This document shows positions 39,058-48,413 of a DNA stretch of 64,000 nucleotides, in pieces. The first letter of the stretch is position 1. Each line of letters begins with the position of its first letter. Under the pieces are notes generated by a model. The model was not told the DNA's origin, made no database searches, and was given only the letters and a program-made list of their open reading frames with translations. The position numbers and the translations under genes were made by a program. Source of the DNA: Candidatus Woesearchaeota archaeon (lineage in GTDB: Archaea; Nanobdellota; Nanobdellia; SCGC-AAA011-G17; CAYUTI01); NCBI GenBank assembly GCA_964447685.1, contig CAYUTI010000001.1:267064-331063 (forward strand), in the 5' to 3' direction.

Positions 39058-40989
39058 ATGAAAAAGAGGATTTTAGTAGTTTTGATGTTTTTATTAATGG
39101 TAAGTTTAGTTTCAGCTAGTCTTAAGGTAGAAGGCCCTAGCAGAGATACATATAATTATGGCGATGATGTAGCAATAGAAGGTTATGTTTTTAGAGATGA
39201 TGATTTTAATGGTTTCCTTAAATTAAGTTTTTTATGTTCTAATCAAACTTTTCCTTTGGGTGTTGTTAGTCTAAGTTTGGAAGGTGGTGAAAAAAAACAA
39301 TTCCCTGGTGAGATCGCATTGCCTAAACTTTTTATTTCTAGTTCTTTAAGCGGGAGTTGTAATATAAATGTTAAACTTGTTTCTGGTGCAAATGTTGTGG
39401 AAGAAACTAATAGTGGAATGTTCTCGATAAGTAAGAATTTGGAGGGTATTTTTAATCTTGATTCTAGTGTTGTTCAGATTGGAGGTAAAATAGAGTTAGT
39501 AGCTGATATTTCTAAATTAAATGGTATTGGAACTAGCGGTAGTGCAGAAATCTATTTTGAAACTAATGGTACTGAAAAATATTTGGTTGATGTTGTTAGC
39601 TTTGAAGATGGAGATTTAGATTATCAATATATTGTTCCTTCTTATAGTTCTAGTGGGGAGTATACTATTGATCTATTAATAAATGATTATTATGGTAATC
39701 AGCAATATTTTGATGATGTTGCGAATTTTATTTTAATGAGTGAATTAGATCTTGATGTTAATACTAATGTTAAAAGTGTTATGCCTGGAGAAAGTATAGA
39801 GATTTATGGAGAAGTTAAAACTGTATTACAAGAGAAAGTAGATTCAGGTAGTGCTAAAATATCTTTAGATGGAGATAATTTTGTTTGTGAAATTGAAGGT
39901 GGAAGTTTTAGTTATACTTATGAGATTCCTAATAATTTCCCTAGTGGAGAGCATGTTTTTAAAGTAAGTGTTATGGATGAATTAGGTAATAAAGGGAGCG
40001 TAGATGTATCTTTTCAAGTAACCCCTATTGTTACTTCTTTAGGTCTTGAATTAGAGAAGGATTATAATCCCGGTGTTGAGATCAGTTTAATACCTATGAT
40101 TTATGATCAGGCAGGAGAAGTAGTTGAGGGTGAATCAGTTAGTCTTGAGATAATTGATCCTGGTCGAAAAACGGTTTTTAGAGATGTTGTAGATAGTGGA
40201 GATAGTTTAGAAATTGAATTAAGCAGAGATGCAAAACCAGGGGAATATGTAGTTAAGGCTTATGCTTTAGGAGTAAGTAAGGATTTTAAGTTTGGTGTTA
40301 ATGAATTAATGATTATAGGTGTTGAATTAAATAATCAGAGTTTAATTGTTACTAATACTGGAAATGTTAAATATACTAAACCTATTGAGGTTGAATTGAA
40401 TCTTGGAGAGTATACAATTGTTAAAAAGAATAGTTTAGCTCCTGGTGAAGTTTTAGAGATCAGATTGGATGAAGAGGTTCCTAGTGGTATTTATGATGTT
40501 AGAGTTCCTTTAGCTGAGAATGGTGGCGAATTTAGAAGAGTAGTTATTGTTGGTAAAAGTGGGATTAATATCACTTGGATTTATTGGTTATTAGCTATAG
40601 GTGTGATTATTTTATTATATTATTTATTTAAAGGTAAGAAGAGAGAAAGAAAACAAGTTCATTTTAAGAAAAGAAAAGATTTCAAAGAAGGGGAAGAAAT
40701 TAAAAAAGAAAAAGAAAGACGTGAGACTGAAGATGAAAGAGTTAAGAAGTTTAGAAAGAGAATTGCTAATACTTTAAGTGGTAAGAAAAAGAAAAAATTT
40801 AGTTTTGGTGGGAAAAAAGAAGGTGGTTATATTACTATAAAAGTTAAAGATGAAGAAGGTGATTCTATAGGTTCTAATTATAATCATAGTGGTTATAAAG
40901 AAGAGAGAGCTAGTCCTTATCGTTCTACTGAAAATAAAGGAAAAAGTTCTGATGAACCTAGTTCTGGTTTTATGAATATGTTTGGTTAA
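39058..40989 (+). CDS. secreted surface protein with C-terminal TM and Lys/Glu-rich tail
   Basis: Signal peptide, beta-rich Ig/CARDB-like body, TM near aa 510, basic tail. Confidence 0.6.
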   Translation: MKKRILVVLMFLLMVSLVSASLKVEGPSRDTYNYGDDVAIEGYVFRDDDFNGFLKLSFLCSNQTFPLGVVSLSLEGGEKKQFPGEIALPKLFISSSLSGSCNINVKLVSGANVVEETNSGMFSISKNLEGIFNLDSSVVQIGGKIELVADISKLNGIGTSGSAEIYFETNGTEKYLVDVVSFEDGDLDYQYIVPSYSSSGEYTIDLLINDYYGNQQYFDDVANFILMSELDLDVNTNVKSVMPGESIEIYGEVKTVLQEKVDSGSAKISLDGDNFVCEIEGGSFSYTYEIPNNFPSGEHVFKVSVMDELGNKGSVDVSFQVTPIVTSLGLELEKDYNPGVEISLIPMIYDQAGEVVEGESVSLEIIDPGRKTVFRDVVDSGDSLEIELSRDAKPGEYVVKAYALGVSKDFKFGVNELMIIGVELNNQSLIVTNTGNVKYTKPIEVELNLGEYTIVKKNSLAPGEVLEIRLDEEVPSGIYDVRVPLAENGGEFRRVVIVGKSGINITWIYWLLAIGVIILLYYLFKGKKRERKQVHFKKRKDFKEGEEIKKEKERRETEDERVKKFRKRIANTLSGKKKKKFSFGGKKEGGYITIKVKDEEGDSIGSNYNHSGYKEERASPYRSTENKGKSSDEPSSGFMNMFG

Positions 40990-41166
40990 CGATTAGTATT
41001 TATGTTAAACCAAGTGTAAGGCATACAATGTCCTGTTATAATTGTAAATATTAGCAAGGTTGTTACTATGTAAAGCCATGGTGTGTATTTGTAACCTAAG
41101 TAAGCTGTGATAATTGCTAGAATACCTCTTATTATTTTATCTGTAGTTCCGACGTTTTTGATCATT

Positions 41167-41643
41167 TTATCTTCCTCCTTTTATGAAAATGATATCTTTA
41201 TCTTCTTCTATTTGGTTGTAGTCCTTTAATAACTTTTGTATTTCTTTTAGATATTTAGATCTTTTTAAGAAGGAGATTGCAATTTGAGCATTAGGTTTTG
41301 CTACTCTATTTATTTCTTTTATAGCTTGTTTTAGATTTGAGTGGTGGAGAGCTGTTATGCTTATAATTGTATCGAAGGTGTTATCTTTGAAAGGTAAAGA
41401 TTCTGCTTTTGCTAGAACTTTTTTTCCTTTGTATTGTTTAAGTAGTTCTTCTGAAGGATCTAGTGCTATTGCTTCTTTGGAATCTTTTTCAAATGGTTTA
41501 GTGGAAATCCCTGTACCTGCTCCAATGTCTAGAAGTTTTCCATAAGGTTTTTTTAGATGTTGTTTGATTATTTTAACTTTCTTTAGTTGTTCTTCTTTGT
41601 GAAGTTCATTGTAACCTTTGGCTGTTTCGTTGTAGTATTTCAT
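41167..41643 (-). CDS. class I SAM-dependent methyltransferase
   Basis: Motif I LLDIGAGTGISTKPF. Confidence 0.65.
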   Translation of the reverse strand: MKYYNETAKGYNELHKEEQLKKVKIIKQHLKKPYGKLLDIGAGTGISTKPFEKDSKEAIALDPSEELLKQYKGKKVLAKAESLPFKDNTFDTIISITALHHSNLKQAIKEINRVAKPNAQIAISFLKRSKYLKEIQKLLKDYNQIEEDKDIIFIKGGR

Positions 41644-41810
41644 TTTTCGCTTAGATCACATATCTCATTATTGTTTGTATCTTGATATTGTCCACAAGAG
41701 CCAGGGTAGGGATCATTTGTTAAACCTGAAGGACATTCTGTGTTTGTTGTTGTTTCTGTTGAGCATCCGGTTAGTAAAAGCAATATTATTAAAATAATTA
41801 TTAGTTTCAT
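41640..41810 (-). CDS. unannotated 56-aa Cys-containing lipoprotein (below the ORF-track length cutoff)
   Basis: MKLIIILIILLLLTGCS lipobox; mature peptide with 4 Cys; its ATG overlaps the permease TGA and its TGA overlaps the MTase ATG (ATGA twice). Confidence 0.5.
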   Translation of the reverse strand: MKLIIILIILLLLTGCSTETTTNTECPSGLTNDPYPGSCGQYQDTNNNEICDLSEK

Positions 41811-42832
41811 AGTAATACATTGAATAAATAACCTAATAATAAAACTTGTGGTCCTGCTATTATTGGAAGCCAGATAGCAGATTTTCTTCCGATGTTTGAC
41901 CAGATAAGACCTATTTCTGTATAATCTGTTACAACTCCTGCTAGTAAGAAAACAAATGAGTTTCCGAAAGCCCCTGTTTGTTGGAAGATTTCAAAGGCTA
42001 AAGGTGATGAACCTTCTGAACAAACTTCTATTATTGTTGCTAAGATTAGAGTTACAAATAAACCTAAAACTGTGGGCCCCATATATTGATGGAATAAACT
42101 TTCTGAAATAAAGGTTCTTGCTACTGAAGCTAATAAAATACCTATTAAAATCCACCATGTTACCATCTTGTTTAGTTTCCATGCACCTTTAAATAAGCCA
42201 GTAAGATCTTTTTTTAAATTGAAATTGTAAGCTGCCTTTCTTTTTCTGATATCTTTCATGATAGAGAAGTTCTTTTCTAGTTCTATGGTTCTTGATTGTT
42301 CTATAAGTCCTTTTTTATCTAGATATTGGTAGATAAAACCAGTTATTATTGCTATGATTATTGCACCTATTATAATCATCAATGCATTAACTCCGAAGAA
42401 GCTGAATAGTAGTAAGGTTATTGTAAAGTTAGCCCATGGTGATGCTAGTAAAAAAGCTATAACTGCCGGTATAGAAGCTCCTTTTTTGTAAAGTTCTATT
42501 GAGATTGCTAAGATACCATGTGAACAAGCAGACATTATAAAACCTAATAAAACTGCATTTAGGATTGTTGTTTTTTTCTTCTTTGAAAGATATTTTGCTA
42601 TATATTCTTCTGGGACGAAGTAGTCGATAAATCCTCCGATGAAAAATCCTAATAAAACTGCCCACCAAATTATTTTAATATATTCTGTGAAAGCCGCTAG
42701 TAATGGATTCAAGAGGGGGATTAGATAAGATATGGTTAAGATGATTATTGTTAGTATTAACACTTGATAGAATCTTTCTTTGTACCATTTATTTACTTGA
42801 ACAGTACAAGTTGGACATTCCTCTTTTTTCAT
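41807..42832 (-). CDS. DUF318/YraQ-family permease with N-terminal CPTC motif
   Basis: 8-10 TM helices; N-terminal MKKEECPTCTV. Confidence 0.55.
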   Translation of the reverse strand: MKKEECPTCTVQVNKWYKERFYQVLILTIIILTISYLIPLLNPLLAAFTEYIKIIWWAVLLGFFIGGFIDYFVPEEYIAKYLSKKKKTTILNAVLLGFIMSACSHGILAISIELYKKGASIPAVIAFLLASPWANFTITLLLFSFFGVNALMIIIGAIIIAIITGFIYQYLDKKGLIEQSRTIELEKNFSIMKDIRKRKAAYNFNLKKDLTGLFKGAWKLNKMVTWWILIGILLASVARTFISESLFHQYMGPTVLGLFVTLILATIIEVCSEGSSPLAFEIFQQTGAFGNSFVFLLAGVVTDYTEIGLIWSNIGRKSAIWLPIIAGPQVLLLGYLFNVLL

Positions 42833-42878
42833 AGTTATATTAAAGATTAAGTAATATTAAAGGTTTGTGGAGGGAGCT

Positions 42879-43118
42879 TTAAGCTCCACATCCACAGCTT
42901 GAGATTCCACAAGAACCTTTACATTCTTGGTTGCAGGTTGCTGCACCGCAGGTACTTGCACATCCACATCCTTCAATACCACAGTTACCCCCACATTCTC
43001 CGTTACATGTGCTTTCTCCGCAGGTTGCTGCTGTTTCTTGTGAAGAAGCTGAGGCATAGATTGCTCCTCCTACCAATAGTACAGCGATTGCCATTACTGC
43101 TAAAGTTGTTTTTCTCAT
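42879..43118 (-). CDS. secreted Cys-rich repeat peptide (signal peptide + 2 x 24-aa [Cx4Cx3Cx3Cx4CxC] units)
   Basis: MRKTTLAVMAIAVLLVGGAIYASA signal; TCGESTCNGECGGNCGIEGCGCAS / TCGAATCNQECKGSCGISSCGCGA internal duplication; GC-richer codons. Confidence 0.6.
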   Translation of the reverse strand: MRKTTLAVMAIAVLLVGGAIYASASSQETAATCGESTCNGECGGNCGIEGCGCASTCGAATCNQECKGSCGISSCGCGA

Positions 43119-43273
43119 ATAGTTTACCTCCTATTGTTTTATAATTAGTAGAACTAGATATGATATATATTTAAGGGCTGAAACTGATGCAAGAAAAAGG
43201 GGTTTATTGCTTGAATTTGTTGAGTAGACCGTTTATAGTTAAATATTTAAAGAGTTAGAGTTAGCTTTTTGTT

Positions 43274-43480
43274 ATGGTAATAAAAATAGACTATAAAAAA
43301 TGTTGTTGGAAAGATGGTAAGTGTACTTCTTGTTGTTGTGGTGGAAAGTGTGAAGGTTGTGTTGAAGCTTGTCCAGTTGGTGCATTGACTAGAGGTAAGT
43401 TAGTTGAAGTAGATGCTGAGAAGTGTATTAATTGTGGTGCTTGTATTAGTGCTTGTAAGCATGAAGCTATTAAACTTTAA
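43274..43480 (+). CDS. small 2x[4Fe-4S]-type ferredoxin with extra N-terminal Cys cluster
   Basis: CEGCVEACP and CINCGACISAC ferredoxin motifs, preceded by KKCCWKDGKCTSCCCGGKC. Confidence 0.7.
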   Translation: MVIKIDYKKCCWKDGKCTSCCCGGKCEGCVEACPVGALTRGKLVEVDAEKCINCGACISACKHEAIKL

Positions 43481-43985
43481 TCTTAAGAAATACTTGTTTT
43501 GTTTTTCCTTTTTGTTTTCTTGTAATTAATCCTTTTTTCTCTAGGTTGTCTAGAACTATACTAAGTTTAGATTTGTGTAAACCTGTTCTTAGTCTTAGAG
43601 TTTGTTGAGTTATGCCATCTTGTTCTTTGATGGCTTGAATAACTTTCTTTTCATATTCATCTAAACCTTTTTGTAGGATTTCAAATCTTTCTTCTTCTAA
43701 ATTAAGTTGTTTTTGTTTTTCTAGAGTTGAAACTATTTCTTTTTGTGATTTTTCAAAGAATATTAAGTAAATACCTAGAGCTGCTAATGCACTAATTAAT
43801 GCTATACCTGCATAAGTTGGCCAAGGGGTTTGTACTTCGTGAGGACAGACTCCACCTTCTTCCATTTCAGTACATGAACATGCTGTTGCTGTTTGTTGGT
43901 TTAATGCTTTATTAAATGAGAAAATTAAACATCCTAGTAAGATACAGATTACAATTAAAATTATTCCTAGTTTTTTGTTTTCCAT
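43470..43985 (-). CDS. membrane-anchored wHTH (MarR-like) regulator with extracytoplasmic CxC..CPH loop
   Basis: Two TMs flanking ACSCTEMEEGGVCPHE; C-terminal winged helix GITQQTLRLRTGLHKSKLSIVLDNLEKKGLITRK. Confidence 0.55.
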   Translation of the reverse strand: MENKKLGIILIVICILLGCLIFSFNKALNQQTATACSCTEMEEGGVCPHEVQTPWPTYAGIALISALAALGIYLIFFEKSQKEIVSTLEKQKQLNLEEERFEILQKGLDEYEKKVIQAIKEQDGITQQTLRLRTGLHKSKLSIVLDNLEKKGLITRKQKGKTKQVFLKIKV

Positions 43986-43987
43986 CT

Positions 43988-44506
43988 TTAAACGAAACTA
44001 CCTAGTAAGTCTCCTACTATATGAGTTATTATTATTACTATAATTGCGATTATTAAATGTTCTGAAACTGCAATCCAGGATCTTTTTTCTGTTTTATACA
44101 TTTTGTAACTTGTTAAGGCGATTAAAGATAACCCCCAAATGATGCTTACCCAAATAGCTATAATTAAATTGAAAATAAAAAGAGGTATTAAGAAGGTTAA
44201 AGCGAAAATGAATTTGAAAATGAATGTTGATATTGTTGCTTCCCAAACGGTTTTATGTTTATGTTTCTTTTCAAACTCTTCTGAAATATGAATGCCTAAA
44301 GCATCTGATAGCGCATCTGCAATTGCTATTGTTAGAATACCTGTGATAACTATTAGTTTTGATCCGGTAGAAGAATTTAAACCCACCATTAACCCTAAAG
44401 TTGTTATGATACCTGATGTTAATCCGAATGATAACCCCTTTTTATATGATTCTTTCATGATTTTGTTTTTATCTTTTAATTTAAATAGTTTACTGATTTT
44501 CTTCAA
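43988..44506 (-). CDS. VIT1/CCC1-family (DUF125) putative Fe/Mn transporter, short form
   Basis: GLSFGLTSGIITTLGLMVGL plus three further TMs. Confidence 0.5.
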   Translation of the reverse strand: MKKISKLFKLKDKNKIMKESYKKGLSFGLTSGIITTLGLMVGLNSSTGSKLIVITGILTIAIADALSDALGIHISEEFEKKHKHKTVWEATISTFIFKFIFALTFLIPLFIFNLIIAIWVSIIWGLSLIALTSYKMYKTEKRSWIAVSEHLIIAIIVIIITHIVGDLLGSFV

Positions 44507-45467
44507 ATAAATATTTTGGAAGATAAGATCTTTTGTAGTAAGTGTAAAAATCTATCATATTAAACGTTTCTAGAATTTCTTTATAATTTTCTCTAATCTC
44601 TGTTATTATTTTTCTTATTTTTGTTTTGTTCATTGATTCAATATCTAGCTCCATATCCCAATCGCCTACTGTCTTATTGATTTGAACTATTTCTGTATTT
44701 TTTAATAAAAATTTAGTGAATTCTGCTTCTTTTTCTAAATCTAGATTGTGTAATTTTAGTAAAATTCTAACTTTGTGGATGTCTAATTTATTCGTGTTTA
44801 TTATTCTTTTGAAACCTTTAATTATATTCTTTTTCATTAGTTGGTTTAAGGTTGTCTTAGCTGTTTTAATGTTTAAGTCTGTTTCTTTTGCTAGATCTGT
44901 TAATCTCATATTTGGATTTTTTAGTAGACTCTTAATTATTTTTAGCTCATTGTTTGATAGGGTTTCTGGTTCTCTATCTCCTCCGAATAAGGTTTCTGGA
45001 TATTTTTTATCTAGATTTTTTGTGAGATAATCTCTTGGAGTTAAGTAAGTAACTAAATTCAATATAATTTTATAATCTTTTAAAGTTGGAATGGATGTTA
45101 CTAACTTTTTAAGTTCTTTGTTAAACTTTGATGGGTTTGGAGAAGCGAATTCTATAGCTAAATCAAATTCTCCTTCTAGTTCATAGATTGAAAGGATGAA
45201 AGGATTGTCTCTAAGTTCTTTAATTATCTTTGACCTGTCTTTTTCACTAATATATGCATTCCTAAAATAGACTCTAAATAAAATTAATCTGAAATAGGAG
45301 TATTCGAAAATGCAAAAAGGTTCTTTAAGTATATCTTCCTTTTGAAGTGTAGAAATTGAGTATTTTAACCTTTGAGGACTTTTCTTAAGGATTTTAGAGA
45401 TTTCTTTTAGTGATAATCTACTGTTTTCTGATGTTAAATATAAGAGGTTATAGTCTATTTTTCCCAT
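44490..45467 (-). CDS. tandem-HTH (Lrp/AsnC-like N-domains) transcriptional regulator
   Basis: Two HTH units: NLLYLTSENSRLSLKEISKIL.. and ELKIIKSLLKNPNMRLTDLAKETDL... Confidence 0.5.
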   Translation of the reverse strand: MGKIDYNLLYLTSENSRLSLKEISKILKKSPQRLKYSISTLQKEDILKEPFCIFEYSYFRLILFRVYFRNAYISEKDRSKIIKELRDNPFILSIYELEGEFDLAIEFASPNPSKFNKELKKLVTSIPTLKDYKIILNLVTYLTPRDYLTKNLDKKYPETLFGGDREPETLSNNELKIIKSLLKNPNMRLTDLAKETDLNIKTAKTTLNQLMKKNIIKGFKRIINTNKLDIHKVRILLKLHNLDLEKEAEFTKFLLKNTEIVQINKTVGDWDMELDIESMNKTKIRKIITEIRENYKEILETFNMIDFYTYYKRSYLPKYLFEENQ

Positions 45468-45588
45468 TTTTAGATATATATTTTTATTAATTAATAAACT
45501 TTTCTATTTTTTTGGATAAAAATAAAAAAAAGGTTAAGATAAATTATAAATACAAGTATTTTAATTAATAAAGATAGGAGTTAATAAA

Positions 45589-46507
45589 ATGGATGAAAAA
45601 ATAATGATGTCTTATTTGTGTAAGATTTTAAATAGAGTAGAGGCTTGGTTAACTAGCGGTGTTCCGCCATTTCCTCCAGATGATGTTTATTCATGGGGTT
45701 ATGTTGGGAGCTCAAGTTTAGATAATAAAGTTTCAGTTGATTTAATCAAAAGAGAGGCAGGTCTTCCTGGTTTAGTGAGATATGATACACCAAGATCTTT
45801 TTGATTGGTCAACAGATTATCATGTAGATGTTAATTTAGCTAGAGTTATGCCTTTAAAATTAGATGAAGAAGTAAAGGATGAAGAGGGCGAAGTTGTTCC
45901 TCAAGGATCCGATACCTGTTCTAGGGCTAATGCATTATTGGTTATTGCTGATGGTTGCACTCTTGTAGATAAACTTAGAGCAGATGGAATTATTGAAGGA
46001 CCTATAATTGGACCTTATGAAATTCCTGATAAGCAAGCTTATTTTTCATTTTTGAATCAGAATAGTCATAATGATGGAGTTTATGTTTGTGATGGTGATA
46101 ATAGAAGAATGTGGAGAGTTCCTGAATTAGGTAATTCATTCCCTAGTTTAAAACATAAATTTAATGGAGAGTTTCCTTATCATTTAGTGGCTCCTGATGA
46201 TTTTATTGATCCAAAAGGCGGATTTGATGCAACTAGATTAGGGACTAAAACAAGATTGTTTTTTAAGATACCTCATGCTTATGAAGGAGTTCATACATAT
46301 ATTGTAAAGAAAAGCAGATATGGTAGAACTGAATTAGGTCCAGTATTACATGCTACTAATCAAGGGTTAGTTGAATCAATGTTTTTTGATCCTACGGAAG
46401 AGGGTGTTTCTTCTGTACACAGAAAATATGAACAAATTGGATTGGGTGTAGTAAAAAAAGAAGAATATTCTGTTAAAATTCCAGTATGTGAAATGGCCTG
46501 TGCATGA
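45589..46507 (+). pseudogene. conserved hypothetical gene interrupted by a +1 frameshift at a T5 run (~45797-45801), or sequencing error
   Basis: ORFs 45589..45804 (frame 1) and 45782..46507 (frame 2) overlap by 23 nt across ccaagatcttttt; joining gives ~310 aa. Confidence 0.45.
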
Positions 46508-46542
46508 AAAGCTTTATATTGCTGAATTAGTTTGATTTCTTT

Positions 46543-47163
46543 ATGGATGAAATTGCAATTTTCTCTAATGAAACTAATTATTATTATAAGTTTGTTAATA
46601 CCAAAGATTGGCCTACTATTAAAATATCTGGAACACCCATGCATAGATATACAAAGCTTTCTCCTAAAGAAGATACTATCTCTAAAATTAATGAGATTAA
46701 ACCTGTTAAAGGAAAAGTTTTAGACACTTGTTGTGGATTAGGTTATACTGCAATAATGGCTGCTAAAGATGCTGAAGTGGTTTATACTTTTGAATGGGAT
46801 GATAACATGATCTATATGTGTGAACAAAATCCCTTTTCTAAGGAATTGTTTAAAGCTAAGAATATTAAATTAGTTAGAGAAGATGTAGCTGATGGTATTA
46901 AGAAATTCCAAAATGATTTCTTTGATCGGATTGTTCATGATCCACCTACATTTAAGATGTCACCTGAATTGTATTCTTCTAGATTCTATGCTGAGCTTTA
47001 TAGAGTCTTGAAGAGAGGCGGTAAGTTGTATCATTATCTTCCTGCTCCTCAAAAAACTAAAGGTAAGAATTTTTATATTAATGCGGTTAAAAGATTGAAA
47101 GAAGCAGGTTTTAAGAATGTTGAATATCATCCAGAAAGTTCTGGTGCAGTTGCTGTTAAATAA
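46543..47163 (+). CDS. SAM-dependent amino-methyltransferase (DPPY-like motif IV)
   Basis: Motif I VLDTCCGLGYT; motif IV VHDPPTF. Confidence 0.55.
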   Translation: MDEIAIFSNETNYYYKFVNTKDWPTIKISGTPMHRYTKLSPKEDTISKINEIKPVKGKVLDTCCGLGYTAIMAAKDAEVVYTFEWDDNMIYMCEQNPFSKELFKAKNIKLVREDVADGIKKFQNDFFDRIVHDPPTFKMSPELYSSRFYAELYRVLKRGGKLYHYLPAPQKTKGKNFYINAVKRLKEAGFKNVEYHPESSGAVAVK

Positions 47164-47734
47164 GTTTCTTAATTATTTCTTTTATATCTAATTTGTTTTC
47201 TTCGGCTTCTATTTTCTTTAGTTCTGATTTTGTTGCAGGATTTTTTGGTAGGAATGGGCAGGTGTGTTGGTCTTGAATTGAAATGTCAAAGGTTCCTATT
47301 TTCTTCGCTATTGTGATTGCTTCTTCTTTGTCGTAAGCTAGTAAAGGTCTTAGTACTGTCAATTTGGTTGCTTGATCTAAAACTGTTAAGTTATCTAGGG
47401 TTTGTGAAGCTACTTGACCTAGTGATTCTCCTGTTAGAATATATTTTGCTTTGTGTTTTTTTGCTAAGGCTTCTGCGATTCTGTACATCATTCTTTTGCA
47501 AAGAATGCAGGTGTATTTTGGGTTAGTATGTTTTTTTATTTCTTGTAAAGGAATTGTTTGATCTATTATAATTAGTTTTGAATCTTTGTTTATTTTGTTT
47601 TTTAGTGTTTCTATCTTTTTATTATTGTTTGATGTTGAGAAGTGTAAGAAGATTAGTTCTAGTTTGTTTTTCATTAAGTGTGAAGCTACTGGTGAGTCTA
47701 TGCCTGTTGAAAGTAAAACTATTGCTTTTTCCAT
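47156..47734 (-). CDS. ThiI-like PP-loop ATP pyrophosphatase (no THUMP domain)
   Basis: PP-loop LLSTGIDSPVAS (SGGxDS-like); CILCKRMMYRIAEALA matches the ThiI C-terminal block. Confidence 0.55.
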   Translation of the reverse strand: MEKAIVLLSTGIDSPVASHLMKNKLELIFLHFSTSNNNKKIETLKNKINKDSKLIIIDQTIPLQEIKKHTNPKYTCILCKRMMYRIAEALAKKHKAKYILTGESLGQVASQTLDNLTVLDQATKLTVLRPLLAYDKEEAITIAKKIGTFDISIQDQHTCPFLPKNPATKSELKKIEAEENKLDIKEIIKKLI

Positions 47735-48381
47735 TTTATCCTTTCTAGAGTGTTATTTTTTAGGTTTAATCTTAGAATATCTTTTTCTATATTTTGTTTG
47801 GTTAGGATTTTAATTGCTTCTGAAACTTGTAGAGATGAAGCTATACTTGCGGTTGGCGAAATAATTCCTGTCTTTTGAGGATGTAAAGGTGTTTTATTTA
47901 GTAAGTTTGAAATGTCTTCGTTGATTACTGTTTTTAGAATGATTAAGTAACCTGTTGCTGCAGTGAAGATCCAAGGAATGTTGTTTGTTTTGCAATAATC
48001 ATTAATTACTTTTCTTGCTTCTTGGTTATCTGTGCAATCTAGAATTAGGTCTGAATTGTAGAGTAATTGAGTATTAGTTTGATTTAGTTTTTCATTTTTA
48101 ATGTTTATTTTAATATTTTTATTTATTTTTTTTAAATGAGTTTTTAGAGCATTTACTTTTAGTTTTTTAACATCTTTTTCTTCATACAACCTTTGCCTAT
48201 GTAGATTTTTTAATTCTACTTTATCTTGATCAATAATTGTTAGTTCTTTTATTCCTGCTCTTGTTAAGAGTTCTGCTGAGTTTGTTCCTAAGGCACCTGC
48301 TCCAACTATAGTTACTTTAGAAGATTCTATTAGAGATTGTGCTTTTTTTCCTATTAGATTTGTTTGAGTAATGTAACGCAT
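47719..48381 (-). CDS. E1-like ThiF/MoeB/UbaA-family adenylyltransferase
   Basis: Nucleotide-binding VTIVGAGALGTNSAELLTRAGI..IIDQDKVELKNLHRQ. Confidence 0.75.
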   Translation of the reverse strand: MRYITQTNLIGKKAQSLIESSKVTIVGAGALGTNSAELLTRAGIKELTIIDQDKVELKNLHRQRLYEEKDVKKLKVNALKTHLKKINKNIKINIKNEKLNQTNTQLLYNSDLILDCTDNQEARKVINDYCKTNNIPWIFTAATGYLIILKTVINEDISNLLNKTPLHPQKTGIISPTASIASSLQVSEAIKILTKQNIEKDILRLNLKNNTLERIKWKKQ

Positions 48382-48413
48382 ATTTTCTAGAAGATATTTC
48401 TAGTTTTTAAGGT

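Noticed and set aside
42857-43144. ORFs 42857..43057 (-) and 42899..43144 (+) overlapping the Cys-repeat peptide gene
   Set aside because: They are alternative frames of the same locus. Only the 42879..43118 frame yields a signal peptide plus an exact 24-aa internal repeat, so the others are treated as shadows.
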